Shown here piece by piece: positions 8,831-18,618 of a DNA stretch of 64,000 bases. How positions within the stretch are numbered: position 1 is the first letter of the stretch; each line of letters starts with the position of its first letter. The stretch covers positions 1,172 to 65,171 of the forward strand of contig MGGO01000031.1 in assembly GCA_001792465.1 (NCBI GenBank), written 5' to 3'. The notes below the pieces were generated by a model. The model did not search any database. It had not been told where the DNA came from and was given only the letters and a program-made list of their open reading frames with translations. Origin of the DNA: Candidatus Woesebacteria bacterium RIFCSPHIGHO2_01_FULL_44_10 (GTDB taxonomy: Bacteria; Patescibacteriota; Microgenomatia; UBA8517). Made by a program: the position numbers and the translations under genes.

Positions 8831-11800
8831 ATGTCGAGATATTATAGAAAATTTGACGCCAAAAAATATTGGGCTAGTAAGCCTTACTGCGAAGTATGCA
8901 AGACCAAAAAAGTTAAATATGGGAGAATATGTAGTGAGTGTGAAAAGAAAGCGGGTTTTAAAGAAGTTGAGATGAAAATAAATAATGACAAAATTAACAA
9001 TGATGATCTGGTTGCAAAATTCGCCTCGGCAGATCTTGAGCATACAGAAGCTGATCAAAGGTTAATATCGCTTGTTGGATATTTAAAAGATTGTGCCCAG
9101 GCTCTGCTGCGCTCAGTTGCTTTGAATGATTTGGGCACAAAAGATGTTTCTTTTCTTCCGATGTCCCCCGATTCTTTAGAGAAGTTAGCAGCTGATGATC
9201 TGGTTCTCAAAGGGCAGGAAGTGCTTGACCTGCTTTATAAACTAAAGGCAAGACCAACAGAATTCGAATTAATACTTGGAACACTTTTTGTAAAAGGGTT
9301 CAAAGGAAAAGGGGACAAAGTAACTCGTATTAACGCTCCCCTTATTTTTATAAAGCTTGAAGCCGAGAAAACGGAAGATGACTCAGTAGTTTTTAGTGTT
9401 AAAGAAGACATGATACATCTCAACCAATCCTTAGTGGCTAGTTTGGTTAGTGTAATCAATGAAGAGGAATTGGAAATACGTTTTCAAGATTTATGGAGCG
9501 CAACGCCAGAATGGCCATTGTCTTTTGAATCAATCCAACAATTTTATGAAAGTTTCAATAATTATTTTCCTGAAATTTTTTCTACAGATGAAAAAATTAG
9601 TAATTTTGTTGAACTGGATTCTATAGAAGCTAAAAAAGAAAAATATCAGATTTGTCCAGCTCACTGTCTGATAGTAGCACCAAAATTGGCAGCCGAGGGG
9701 ACTGTTGTCGAAGAAATAAACCAAATCCTGCAGGATATGAAAAACAACACGTCTGCAGATTTTCTGTTTCTGGAGAATAAAGCTGGCGGGGACCCCGTGT
9801 CTGAGGTAATAGATCAAACAACTGATGGATATTCAGAAGGAGGAAGTGAGGAGAATGAAAAATGGCACAACCTTTTTCCGTTTGACCTTAGTGATACACA
9901 GAAGGGTATTGTGCGCGCAGCTAGAGAAAACAATCTGACCGTTGTTTCTGGGCCACCTGGCACAGGGAAATCGTATACCATTGCTGCTATTATTTTAGAT
10001 CATTTGTTGGGTGGAAAACGCGTATTATTTGTTTCCCGAATGGACAAAGCGGTCGAGGTGGTAAGCGAGTGGCTTGAAGAATCTGTTGGTACTTTTTCTA
10101 TTGCTAGATCTGGAGGAAGAAAAGCACAACGTGCTTTAGCTGATAAGCTCGATTCCATTACTGGTGCAAAGACTCCAGTGAAGCACTATACAAAGGAAGA
10201 AATCGAAAGTGTGCTCAATGGATATTCCGACGCGCAAGAAAAACTAACAACTCTTGAAGAGCAGTTTTTGAATACGCTGTCTCAAGAAAGAACGTGGTCT
10301 AAGGTAAAGGAAGAAATTAATAACCTTGATGACAAAATAAAAACTGATCCAGATCTTTTATCTTTACCCATAGACAAGAAAAAAGCTGAGAAATTAAAGG
10401 AGAAAATCCGTGGAGCAGATTTTCTCATCAAGAATAAGAAGTTTTTCGTTCAGACATGGTGGGGAAACCACGTTCTCTCAAATGTCAAAAAACAGTTAGG
10501 TGCTAGAGATAATGCTACCCCGGATGAGTTAATTTATAAGGCAGAGCGCATAGAGAATGAAAGGAAGCTGGAAGAAGTTGAAAATGAAATCTCCAAATTT
10601 GACGAAATAAACCAATTGTGGACACAAATTTCTAGTCGAAAAGAAGAATTAAAGGATCTTGCTTTAAATAACCTAAAGGCTATGTTGTTGGGCAACTTAT
10701 ACACCATTGTACATAATTATGATAAACGTGTTGAGCTAAGAAACTTTATAAAATCGCTACGAACAGCAAATATGCGAGAAAAGTTGGCGCTCTTAGAGAA
10801 AGTCGAAACTGAAACTCTACTAAGCGCATTCCCTTGTTGGGCAAGTACAACTTATCACCTTTCCCAGATATTGCCCATAGAGCCTGGAATGTTTGATCTA
10901 GTCATTTTCGATGAATCTAGTCAGTGCGATTTAGCCTCTACGTTACCCGCTCTTTATAGAGCAAATAGAGCATTAATAGTTGGTGATCCGAAACAACTAA
11001 CTCATGTCGTATTTTTGGGGCGCCAGGCAGAATACTCTGCGTTTGCAAAGAATAACGTACCACCTGAAATGCAGGCCAACTATCGATTTTCGACACAAAG
11101 CCTGTTTAATGTGGCCGAAAATGCAGTTCCTCAAGCAAACTATTTTATGCTCGACGAACATTTTCGTTCTGATCCACATATCATAGGTTTTTCTAATAAG
11201 ATGTTTTATGAAGACAACATTAGAATTATGACCAATAGACCGAAACTCGGCTCAAATAAGGAAGATGCAGCAATTCAAATAGAATATATAAACGGCAAAC
11301 GTACCAATGGAGCAGCTAATCCGAAAGAGATAGAACATATTTTTTCACACGTAAGGCAGCTAATTGCGCAATCTCCGTTGGATAAACCAACTTCAATTGG
11401 AATACTTTCCCCTTTTAGGGACCAAGTAAATGCAATTACTAAAGAACTTCCGAATTGTGTAAATCTAAACGAAGTTGAGCGACATAATATTGTCGTGGGT
11501 ACTGCTCATAGTTTACAAGGTAACGAAAAGGATGTGGTAATTTTATCTTTGTCTCTTGACCCTAAGTTTCACCATGGGACATTGAGATTTCTAGAAACCC
11601 CTAATGTCTTTAATGTATCTATCACGCGCGCCAGAAAGAAATTAATTGTCATATCCTCCGTCGCTCTAGGCGACTTACCAAACGGGTTACTTAAGGAATT
11701 TTTATTATATGCAGGTGACTCTGCGACGAATATATTGCCTCGTGATGTGTTTGAATCCAGATTTGAGGAACAAGTTGCTCAAGCACTGGAACGAGAAGGT

Positions 11801-12064
11801 TTAAAGGTCTGGCCTCAATATGAGGCTGCCGGATTCTCAATCGACTTAGTAGTTAGAGATGGTAAGAATTGGATTGCAGTTGAGTGTGATGGGCCAACTC
11901 ATTTTGATATGAAACAAGGGCAGAGTTTTAACGATGCGTGGAGGCAAGGAATATTGGAAAGAGCTGGCTGGAAATTTGTAAGAATTCCTCATAGGGATTG
12001 GGAAAGAAATTCAGAAGAGCAAATTGAAAAGGTAAAGAAAAAATTGGATCAACTGCAGTATTAA
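8831..12064 (+). CDS. Zn-ribbon + Upf1-like SF1 helicase (AAA_11/AAA_12) + C-terminal DUF559 (Vsr-like PD-(D/E)xK) endonuclease
   Basis: N-terminal CxxC..CxxC. Walker A 'VVSGPPGTGKSYTIAAI' and Walker B 'VIFDESSQCD'. 'GDPKQL' and 'VGTAHSLQGNEKDVVILS' are helicase motifs. The C-terminal 'IAVECDGPTHF...AGWKFVRIP' is a DUF559 signature. Confidence 0.75.
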   Translation: MSRYYRKFDAKKYWASKPYCEVCKTKKVKYGRICSECEKKAGFKEVEMKINNDKINNDDLVAKFASADLEHTEADQRLISLVGYLKDCAQALLRSVALNDLGTKDVSFLPMSPDSLEKLAADDLVLKGQEVLDLLYKLKARPTEFELILGTLFVKGFKGKGDKVTRINAPLIFIKLEAEKTEDDSVVFSVKEDMIHLNQSLVASLVSVINEEELEIRFQDLWSATPEWPLSFESIQQFYESFNNYFPEIFSTDEKISNFVELDSIEAKKEKYQICPAHCLIVAPKLAAEGTVVEEINQILQDMKNNTSADFLFLENKAGGDPVSEVIDQTTDGYSEGGSEENEKWHNLFPFDLSDTQKGIVRAARENNLTVVSGPPGTGKSYTIAAIILDHLLGGKRVLFVSRMDKAVEVVSEWLEESVGTFSIARSGGRKAQRALADKLDSITGAKTPVKHYTKEEIESVLNGYSDAQEKLTTLEEQFLNTLSQERTWSKVKEEINNLDDKIKTDPDLLSLPIDKKKAEKLKEKIRGADFLIKNKKFFVQTWWGNHVLSNVKKQLGARDNATPDELIYKAERIENERKLEEVENEISKFDEINQLWTQISSRKEELKDLALNNLKAMLLGNLYTIVHNYDKRVELRNFIKSLRTANMREKLALLEKVETETLLSAFPCWASTTYHLSQILPIEPGMFDLVIFDESSQCDLASTLPALYRANRALIVGDPKQLTHVVFLGRQAEYSAFAKNNVPPEMQANYRFSTQSLFNVAENAVPQANYFMLDEHFRSDPHIIGFSNKMFYEDNIRIMTNRPKLGSNKEDAAIQIEYINGKRTNGAANPKEIEHIFSHVRQLIAQSPLDKPTSIGILSPFRDQVNAITKELPNCVNLNEVERHNIVVGTAHSLQGNEKDVVILSLSLDPKFHHGTLRFLETPNVFNVSITRARKKLIVISSVALGDLPNGLLKEFLLYAGDSATNILPRDVFESRFEEQVAQALEREGLKVWPQYEAAGFSIDLVVRDGKNWIAVECDGPTHFDMKQGQSFNDAWRQGILERAGWKFVRIPHRDWERNSEEQIEKVKKKLDQLQY

Positions 12065-12094
12065 AATCTGATATACTTTGACCTAGTCTCGAAG

Positions 12095-13510
12095 GTGAGA
12101 TATACTTCAACTATGAGTGATTCAAACAAAATTAAATGTCCAAAATGTGGAGAAAGTTTTGAACCTTCTGAGGCATACAAACATGAGTTAGAAGAATCTT
12201 TACTCAAAGAGACTCAGGCAAAGCATCAGGAAGATATTAAACGGCTTGAAAAGGAGAAGCTAGATCTTGCCGAATCAACGCGTCTCGAAACAGAAAAGAA
12301 AGCTAAAAAAGAGTTAGAAACTGCGGTAGAAGCAGCTAAAGAGGAAGCTGAGGCAAAAAATAAGCAAAATTCGAAACTTAAAGAAGAACTGGAAGAACAA
12401 AGTCAACTTTTAGCAGACCTAAAAGAAGAAAAAAGTAAGCTTCGTCGTGATCATGAACAAGAGCTTGAGGATGTCAGAAGGCAAACCGCCGAGATATCTC
12501 GTAAAGAAGCCGAAGAAAAAATTCGCAAAGAGCTTAAGAGTCAAATAACAGCCTCAAATGAGGAATCTAAAGCTCGTGAAGATCAAAACAAAGAACTCCA
12601 AGATCAGGTAAAAGAGTTACTTAAACAGATGCGCGAACTTAAAGATGATAGGGATAAATTAGGAATTGAATATGAAAAGAAGTTGCTTGAAGGTCAAGAC
12701 AAGATAAAACAAGATGCAAAAAAAGAAGCCCAGGACGAACTTAACCTCAGAATAGCTGAAAAAGATAAAAAACTTCAAGATGCAGAGAAACAAATACTTG
12801 AGTTGCAAAGGAAAATCCAACAAGGCCCCCAGAACCTACAAGGCGAGGTTCAGGAATTAGAACTACAAGAAATTCTATCAGTAGAATTTCCTTTTGATGA
12901 AATAAAAGAAGTGCCTAAAGGTGTCAGCGGAGCTGATGTACTTCAGACAGTTAAATCTCAGACTGGAGAAGTTTGTGGAACTATTATCTGGGAATCCAAG
13001 CGTACGAAGACTTGGGGTTCGGATTGGATTCAAAAATTAAAAGATGACCAAAGAATGATTAAAGCTGATCTCGCTATTTTGGTGTCTACAGTTCTGCCAC
13101 AAAATGTTTCTTCAATTGGCATTATTGATGGAGTTACGATCTGTGAATTGAGAATGGCTGTGAGCATTGCCCAACTTCTTAGACAGCAACTTATGAAGGT
13201 GCATTCGGCACAGGTTGCCAACGATGGCAAAGCTACAAAAGCTGAAATTGTTTACAATTATCTGATTAGTAATGAGTTTAGGCAGAGGATAGAGGTTTGG
13301 GTTGAATATTTTAAGGATAGACAGGAAAAAATCAATAGAGAAAGAATCTACTTTAACAAGAAGTGGCAAGAAGAAGAGAAAAGTATACAAAAAGTTATTA
13401 CAAACACAGCAGGTATTTATGGTGACTTGCAAGGCTTAATAGGAAATGCTTTACCAAAAGTGAGCTATCTTGAGCTTCCTGATTCTACAGAAGAGACAGA
13501 AAATAATTGA
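12095..13510 (+). CDS. Zn-ribbon / coiled-coil / C-terminal PD-(D/E)xK nuclease-like protein (DUF2130/RmuC-like)
   Basis: 'CPKCGESF' sits at the N-terminus. A coiled coil of about 250 aa rich in E/K/Q follows. The C-terminal 'GADVLQ...GTIIWESKRTK' gives a D...ExK nuclease core. Confidence 0.55.
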   Translation: MRYTSTMSDSNKIKCPKCGESFEPSEAYKHELEESLLKETQAKHQEDIKRLEKEKLDLAESTRLETEKKAKKELETAVEAAKEEAEAKNKQNSKLKEELEEQSQLLADLKEEKSKLRRDHEQELEDVRRQTAEISRKEAEEKIRKELKSQITASNEESKAREDQNKELQDQVKELLKQMRELKDDRDKLGIEYEKKLLEGQDKIKQDAKKEAQDELNLRIAEKDKKLQDAEKQILELQRKIQQGPQNLQGEVQELELQEILSVEFPFDEIKEVPKGVSGADVLQTVKSQTGEVCGTIIWESKRTKTWGSDWIQKLKDDQRMIKADLAILVSTVLPQNVSSIGIIDGVTICELRMAVSIAQLLRQQLMKVHSAQVANDGKATKAEIVYNYLISNEFRQRIEVWVEYFKDRQEKINRERIYFNKKWQEEEKSIQKVITNTAGIYGDLQGLIGNALPKVSYLELPDSTEETENN

Positions 13511-13606
13511 TTAATAAAGGTAAGTGTAAGTACTAAATTTTTGTCGTACAACAACCATTCTCAGTAGTGAATTTATTATTATTATCAAATGAGTTAAAAT
13601 ACGGCT

Positions 13607-14590
13607 ATGTCCGATAAAAATATGCATGAAAGGATTAATCAAATTTCAAAAGAAACAGGAGTACCGACAAAAAAGGTTCTCGATTTGTTATTTGCACTGC
13701 GAGATGGCGAAGTTGTTGAAAATAATGAATTGGTCCGAAAGGTAGGTGTTTCTAAAAATGCCCTAAATAAGGTAAAAGAGAGGCTGGCCTCGGTATTAGA
13801 ACCTGTGTCAAAAGACACACAACTTGATGGCGACCATGTTCAAGAAATACGAGCAATCTTTGATGAAGGCTATAAATTTGAAGATGCTATGTGGACTATC
13901 CTAGAAGATGATAAATACAAAAAGGCATCTGAATTGTTAGAAACTATTTCCGATAAGAGACCTTCACCTGAAAGAAGGTTTGATCAATTTACTGCAACTA
14001 TAGAAACAACGGCTCGTCGTGCTTCTCTCCTTCAATTCTTTGGAGACATTAAAGGTAAAAGAATTTTGTTTCTAGGTGATGACGATTTTACCTCGATAGG
14101 AGTGGCTTCTTTGGGATTGGCTGCTCATATAGAAGTACTAGATGTAGATAAACGCATTCTTGAGAGCATCAAAGGTGTCGCTGAGACAGAAGGTTTTACT
14201 ATTTCAACCACAAGAAGTGATTTAACACAGAGGCTGCCGAATCAGCTTATGAGAAATTTCGACATTGTATTTACAGATCCTCCGTACACGGAAAATGGCA
14301 TGAATCTATTTCTCTCAAGAGCTATTCAGGCATTGGATCCGGATAATCACGCAGCAAGGATATATACGTGCTATGGGAATAGTGACAGGGCTAGGGAGAG
14401 ATACCTGCCTGTACAAAGGTTATTTACAGAATCCGGATTAATGATGAGGTGGGTTTTTGACGGATTTAATCGCTACAGAGGGGCAGAATCGATTGGCAGC
14501 TCAAGTGCATTGTTAATAGCTGATGTAACACCAAAGACAAAACCTTTAGTTAAAGGAGGCTATGATAAACCCATCTATACCAACAATTGA
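13607..14590 (+). CDS. DUF43/BpsA-family aminopropyltransferase-like protein (class I SAM-fold; predicted dcSAM-dependent)
   Basis: Motif I is 'ILFLGDDDFTSIG' and the motif 'FTDPPY' is present. The N-terminus is winged-helix-like. The gene directly precedes and overlaps an AdoMetDC gene. Confidence 0.5.
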   Translation: MSDKNMHERINQISKETGVPTKKVLDLLFALRDGEVVENNELVRKVGVSKNALNKVKERLASVLEPVSKDTQLDGDHVQEIRAIFDEGYKFEDAMWTILEDDKYKKASELLETISDKRPSPERRFDQFTATIETTARRASLLQFFGDIKGKRILFLGDDDFTSIGVASLGLAAHIEVLDVDKRILESIKGVAETEGFTISTTRSDLTQRLPNQLMRNFDIVFTDPPYTENGMNLFLSRAIQALDPDNHAARIYTCYGNSDRARERYLPVQRLFTESGLMMRWVFDGFNRYRGAESIGSSSALLIADVTPKTKPLVKGGYDKPIYTNN

Positions 14591-14909
14591 ACACCATACG
14601 GCTCTTATTAAACTTGAAAAATTTCCCAACAATCAAAACAGCCTAGAACAGTTTGCTGATAAGCTAATAGAAAGTCTTAATTTGACTGTGGTTAAAAGCG
14701 TTTTTCATTCTTTCAAACCTCAAGGGAAAACTCTTGTATATATTCTTTCAGAGTCACACCTTGCAATTCACACATGGCCAGAATACAAGCTTCTTCATAT
14801 TGATTTGGTAAGTTGTGTTAAGGTCTTAAATTTTGAAAATTCATTGAAACTAATATTAAATAATTATGGGATTAGTAGTTTAAAGGTAAATCCGGCACTA
14901 GAAAGTTGA
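14562..14909 (+). CDS. speH: S-adenosylmethionine decarboxylase proenzyme (pyruvoyl-dependent, SpeH-type)
   Basis: 'VYILSESHLAIHTWPE' contains the ES self-cleavage site and the class 1 AdoMetDC signature. The size is about 115 aa. Confidence 0.75.
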   Translation: MINPSIPTIEHHTALIKLEKFPNNQNSLEQFADKLIESLNLTVVKSVFHSFKPQGKTLVYILSESHLAIHTWPEYKLLHIDLVSCVKVLNFENSLKLILNNYGISSLKVNPALES

Positions 14910-14997
14910 TGCCAGACAGTTTTGTGATACAATTATCATTAACAAAACTTAAATAAGAAAGTTTTGATGGTTAAACAAGCCATTTTAAATACGAGCT

Positions 14998-15567
14998 ATG
15001 GCAACTCGAAACCACACTAAACTAATAGTGGATCTTCTGGAGCTATATGGAGAGGATCCAAACAGAGAGGGACTCAAAGAAACTCCCGAAAGAGTTCTTC
15101 GAATGTACAAGGAGCTTCTGGGTGGTTATCAACAAGACCCATCTTCGGTAATTAAGACTTTCGAAGGAAATGGACATAATGACTTGGTGACTGTTAGCGA
15201 CATCGATTTTTATAGTCTTTGCGAACATCACATGATACCCTTTTTTGGAAAAGTTCATATAGGTTATATTCCAAACGGCCGAATACTTGGACTTTCGAAA
15301 TTCGTTCGATTGACAGAAATTTACGCCAGGAGACTTCAGGTACAGGAGCGGCTAACCAGACAAATAATGGATGCAATCGAAACAAATTTGCACCCACAAG
15401 GAGCAATCGTTCATGTTGAGGCGGAGCATCTTTGTATGGTAATGCGTGGTGTCAAGAAGAAAGGGGCAATCACCAAAACTACAGCTCTTTGTGGAGATTT
15501 TGAAAAAGACCCTTTACTTGTGGATAGATTTTTTAGACATATAAATCGTAGTGATAATTCAAAATGA
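14998..15567 (+). CDS. folE: GTP cyclohydrolase I
   Basis: 189 aa. 'FYSLCEHHMIPFFGKVHIGYIP' and 'VEAEHLCMVMRGV' are FolE signatures. Confidence 0.85.
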   Translation: MATRNHTKLIVDLLELYGEDPNREGLKETPERVLRMYKELLGGYQQDPSSVIKTFEGNGHNDLVTVSDIDFYSLCEHHMIPFFGKVHIGYIPNGRILGLSKFVRLTEIYARRLQVQERLTRQIMDAIETNLHPQGAIVHVEAEHLCMVMRGVKKKGAITKTTALCGDFEKDPLLVDRFFRHINRSDNSK

Positions 15568-16019
15568 AGGTAACAAAACAAATTGAGTGGGATATGGGGC
15601 ACAGAGTAACTAACCATCACTCTAAATGTCAAAACATACATGGCCACCGCTATCGGGCCGAAATATGCATGGAGGGGAAATTAGTAGACATAGAAGGCAT
15701 ATCAGAAGAAGGGATGGTTATTGATTTTGGAGATATTAAAAAGATTGCCATGGAACATGTCCACGATGTTTTAGATCATGGATTTATGGTCTGGAGGAAA
15801 GATAAGGAGGTTATGAAATTTTTTGAGGATAACCCAAAGCAAAAGCACATAATTGTTGATTTTGTGCCAACTTCCGAAAACATTGCAGCCTGGATTTTTA
15901 AAGAGTTAGATGGACGATTTATCGATAAATTTAAAACAGATTTGAGGCTTTGCTGGGTCAAACTTTGGGAAACACCAACGAGTGTTGCGATCTGCACCAG
16001 AGAGGATTTAGAAAAATAA
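15564..16019 (+). CDS. queD: 6-carboxy-5,6,7,8-tetrahydropterin synthase (PTPS family)
   Basis: 151 aa with a 'CQNIHGHRY' Zn-binding motif. It has a 4-nt overlap with folE. Confidence 0.8.
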   Translation: MKVTKQIEWDMGHRVTNHHSKCQNIHGHRYRAEICMEGKLVDIEGISEEGMVIDFGDIKKIAMEHVHDVLDHGFMVWRKDKEVMKFFEDNPKQKHIIVDFVPTSENIAAWIFKELDGRFIDKFKTDLRLCWVKLWETPTSVAICTREDLEK

Positions 16020-16020
16020 A

Positions 16021-16809
16021 ATGAGTGGCGAGAGACAGATTTACCAACCCACACCGGAGGATCGGGAAAGAATCAGGCCAAAACCTGACCTTCTTAAAGT
16101 AAGCGGAGATGGAGTTTTTGCTACTTTGCAAGGTGAGGGAGTTACAGCAGGAGAGCCTTCAGTATTTTTGCGGTTGCACTATTGCAACTTGACTTGTGGT
16201 AAACCTGAAGGGTGGAAGTGCGACACTTGGTATACATGGGATAAGGAAAGGGAGGAGTATTGGACGGAGTCATCTGATGTGAGTTTTAGAGAAATAGCAG
16301 CGACTATGGAAGCTGCTTGGGAAAGCGCTTTTGATGCTAATGGGACAAAAAGGGCGGTTATTACCGGAGGTGAGCCTCTTCTGCAACAAAGTAAAATTAT
16401 TAAGCTAATAGAAGAATTACCAGATTGGGACATAGAAATTGAGACTAATGGCACGATCGTTCCCGCCCCTGAGCTCGGTGATTGTCAATTTAATTGCTCG
16501 CCAAAACTGGAGAACAGCGGAAACAGTAAAGCGCGTAGATATAACCCATCGGCGCTAAAAGCAATAAATGCACTACCCAACTCATGGTTTAAATTCGTAG
16601 TTTCAGACACAAGCGATCTTGATGAAATAGATGAACTCGTGCGAGATTGCGAGCTCAATGAAGATAAATTACTTATAATGCCGGAGGGTCAAACAGCAGA
16701 TGTTGTCGAAGGACATGCACAACTTGTGAGAGATGCTGTTAATGAACGAGGGTGGAAAATTACTATGAGAAATCAACTAATTTGGTATGGTGACAAAAGA
16801 AGAACTTAA
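16021..16809 (+). CDS. queE: 7-carboxy-7-deazaguanine synthase (radical SAM)
   Basis: Cys cluster 'CNLTCGKPEGWKC' and 'ITGGEPLL'. It sits in que gene context. Confidence 0.7.
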   Translation: MSGERQIYQPTPEDRERIRPKPDLLKVSGDGVFATLQGEGVTAGEPSVFLRLHYCNLTCGKPEGWKCDTWYTWDKEREEYWTESSDVSFREIAATMEAAWESAFDANGTKRAVITGGEPLLQQSKIIKLIEELPDWDIEIETNGTIVPAPELGDCQFNCSPKLENSGNSKARRYNPSALKAINALPNSWFKFVVSDTSDLDEIDELVRDCELNEDKLLIMPEGQTADVVEGHAQLVRDAVNERGWKITMRNQLIWYGDKRRT

Positions 16810-17949
16810 ATGATAATTGGATCAATAGACAATAAAGAAGTAGATAGTTCAAATTTAATACTTGATACAGTTGATAATTTTCAGCTTGATGAAGTTGTTA
16901 GCAATGCATTGTTGCTTACACTGGCCGGATACTTAGAAAAAGATGACATCACAGTAAACGGTAAACAATACTTTGATAAAAAGAGACTTGAACAATTCTT
17001 TAGTTACGTTCTTAACGATAAAAGGGCAGCGCCACGAAAGTATAACCTTCAATTAAGTTTTTCGAACAAAAACCACGAAGTAAATTCTGCAAAGAAAAAC
17101 AATTACAAATACATTATTTCATATAGTGGTGGTATAGACAGCACTGCAGGGCTTTTGTACGCACTAGACAAGGGATACCCCATACAACCAGTTTGGGTTG
17201 GTTTTGGGCAAAAAAATGAAAAAGATGAGTTAGAGGTAATAAATAAAATCTGCAAGAAACTTAAAACCAGACCTATTGTTATCAATATTAATCTAAAGAG
17301 ATATGTTGATGAAGGTTGGAACAGGTGGAAAATGGGGATTATTCCTGGAAGAAACTATATTTTTGCGTCTATTGCTGCTTCTATGGTAAACCTATCAAGT
17401 AGCGATAAAAACACAATATATATTTGCGCGCATAAAGAAGAAATCAATCCTGTTAATACGGATAAAAGTGAAAGGTTTTACAACACATGTACTAAGATCT
17501 TTACAAAAAGCTACAACAAAGATATCGAGCTTACTACTCCATTTTTTAATGCCACTAAACCGGAAATTATCTATTACTGGATCAAGCACTGGAAACAGAA
17601 ATATAACATTTCACCACAAGAAACTGTTAGTTGCTATCACGGTACCAACTGTGGAATTTGTAAAGCTTGTATAAATCGTGCAGTTGCTTTTGCGTGTTGT
17701 GGGCTACAAACAGAAAGTTATAAAAATGATCCCTTTAAGGATACCGAGCATGTGATTCAAGAAGGATATATTGATCGATTTAATATATTAAAATTAGAAC
17801 GAAAACTTGATTTTCTTTTTGCCCTTAACTTTAACAAAAATTCCCTGCCAACAAACTTGAGAAACTTCGTAGATACAAACTATAAAAGATACAGCAACAA
17901 AATAATCGACAGACAAAAAATGATTAGAGAGGGTTTAAACATAAAATGA
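16810..17949 (+). CDS. queC: 7-cyano-7-deazaguanine synthase-like PP-loop ATPase (QueC) with an N-terminal extension of about 100 aa
   Basis: PP-loop 'ISYSGGIDST'. The C-terminal Zn site is 'CYHGTNCGICKAC'. The N-terminal extension was not recognised. Confidence 0.7.
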   Translation: MIIGSIDNKEVDSSNLILDTVDNFQLDEVVSNALLLTLAGYLEKDDITVNGKQYFDKKRLEQFFSYVLNDKRAAPRKYNLQLSFSNKNHEVNSAKKNNYKYIISYSGGIDSTAGLLYALDKGYPIQPVWVGFGQKNEKDELEVINKICKKLKTRPIVININLKRYVDEGWNRWKMGIIPGRNYIFASIAASMVNLSSSDKNTIYICAHKEEINPVNTDKSERFYNTCTKIFTKSYNKDIELTTPFFNATKPEIIYYWIKHWKQKYNISPQETVSCYHGTNCGICKACINRAVAFACCGLQTESYKNDPFKDTEHVIQEGYIDRFNILKLERKLDFLFALNFNKNSLPTNLRNFVDTNYKRYSNKIIDRQKMIREGLNIK

Positions 17950-18617
17950 AGCTATCAGTTGAATTACATAGCCTAGAGAGTAAGGATTCATTAACCTTAC
18001 TAAAAGCAATATATAAATCACTAGATGATTTCAAATCAGTGACCAAAGTTGATTTAGATAATATCCAAATTACGTGTACTAATAGCCATCGGCAGATGGA
18101 GCAAATACTTGGTTACAAGCGCCCAATGTGGGGAGTAAGCACTATCAAGAAAGGAAAGATATTTTTATATAATCCTAGGCTGTGGAACAAAAAACAAACA
18201 GGACACACTCCGGGCGATGTGGTAGCCAGCATTACTCATCAACTAGTACATCTTTACTTTGAGCAGGAAAAAATTAAATCACCTGTCTGGTTTGAGGAAG
18301 GGTATGCAACATATGTTAGCGATAGACAAAATGAAAAATTTAGGAAAAATGAGCTGAAAAAACTAGTTAAAAAGTATGGCGTATGTGACTATAACAGTCT
18401 AAAGGTCAGCTTTGCTAAACTTTCTGTTCCTGCGTTGTATTATCAAAGTTCATACGGCTTCATGTTTTATCTAGTTAAGCTACAAAAAGAAAATTCGCTT
18501 AACAAGTTAACTGATAAGTTAAAAAATGGAGAAAATTTCGAAAATAGTTTCATAAACATTTATGGCAGAAGTGCAAAAGATATATGGGAAGAGTTTAACA
18601 ATAAATTAATCAAATAA
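17946..18617 (+). CDS. Hypothetical protein with an HQxxH motif (possibly a metallopeptidase-like fold)
   Basis: 'ITHQLVHLYFEQE...EEGYATYV'. It is translationally coupled within the operon. Confidence 0.3.
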   Translation: MKLSVELHSLESKDSLTLLKAIYKSLDDFKSVTKVDLDNIQITCTNSHRQMEQILGYKRPMWGVSTIKKGKIFLYNPRLWNKKQTGHTPGDVVASITHQLVHLYFEQEKIKSPVWFEEGYATYVSDRQNEKFRKNELKKLVKKYGVCDYNSLKVSFAKLSVPALYYQSSYGFMFYLVKLQKENSLNKLTDKLKNGENFENSFINIYGRSAKDIWEEFNNKLIK

Positions 18618-18618
18618 T

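Noticed and set aside
14910-14997. PreQ1 riboswitch upstream of folE and the que genes
   Set aside because: The region has no recognisable preQ1-I hairpin with an A-rich tail, and no preQ1-II or preQ1-III pseudoknot features. Only an AT-rich palindrome is present.
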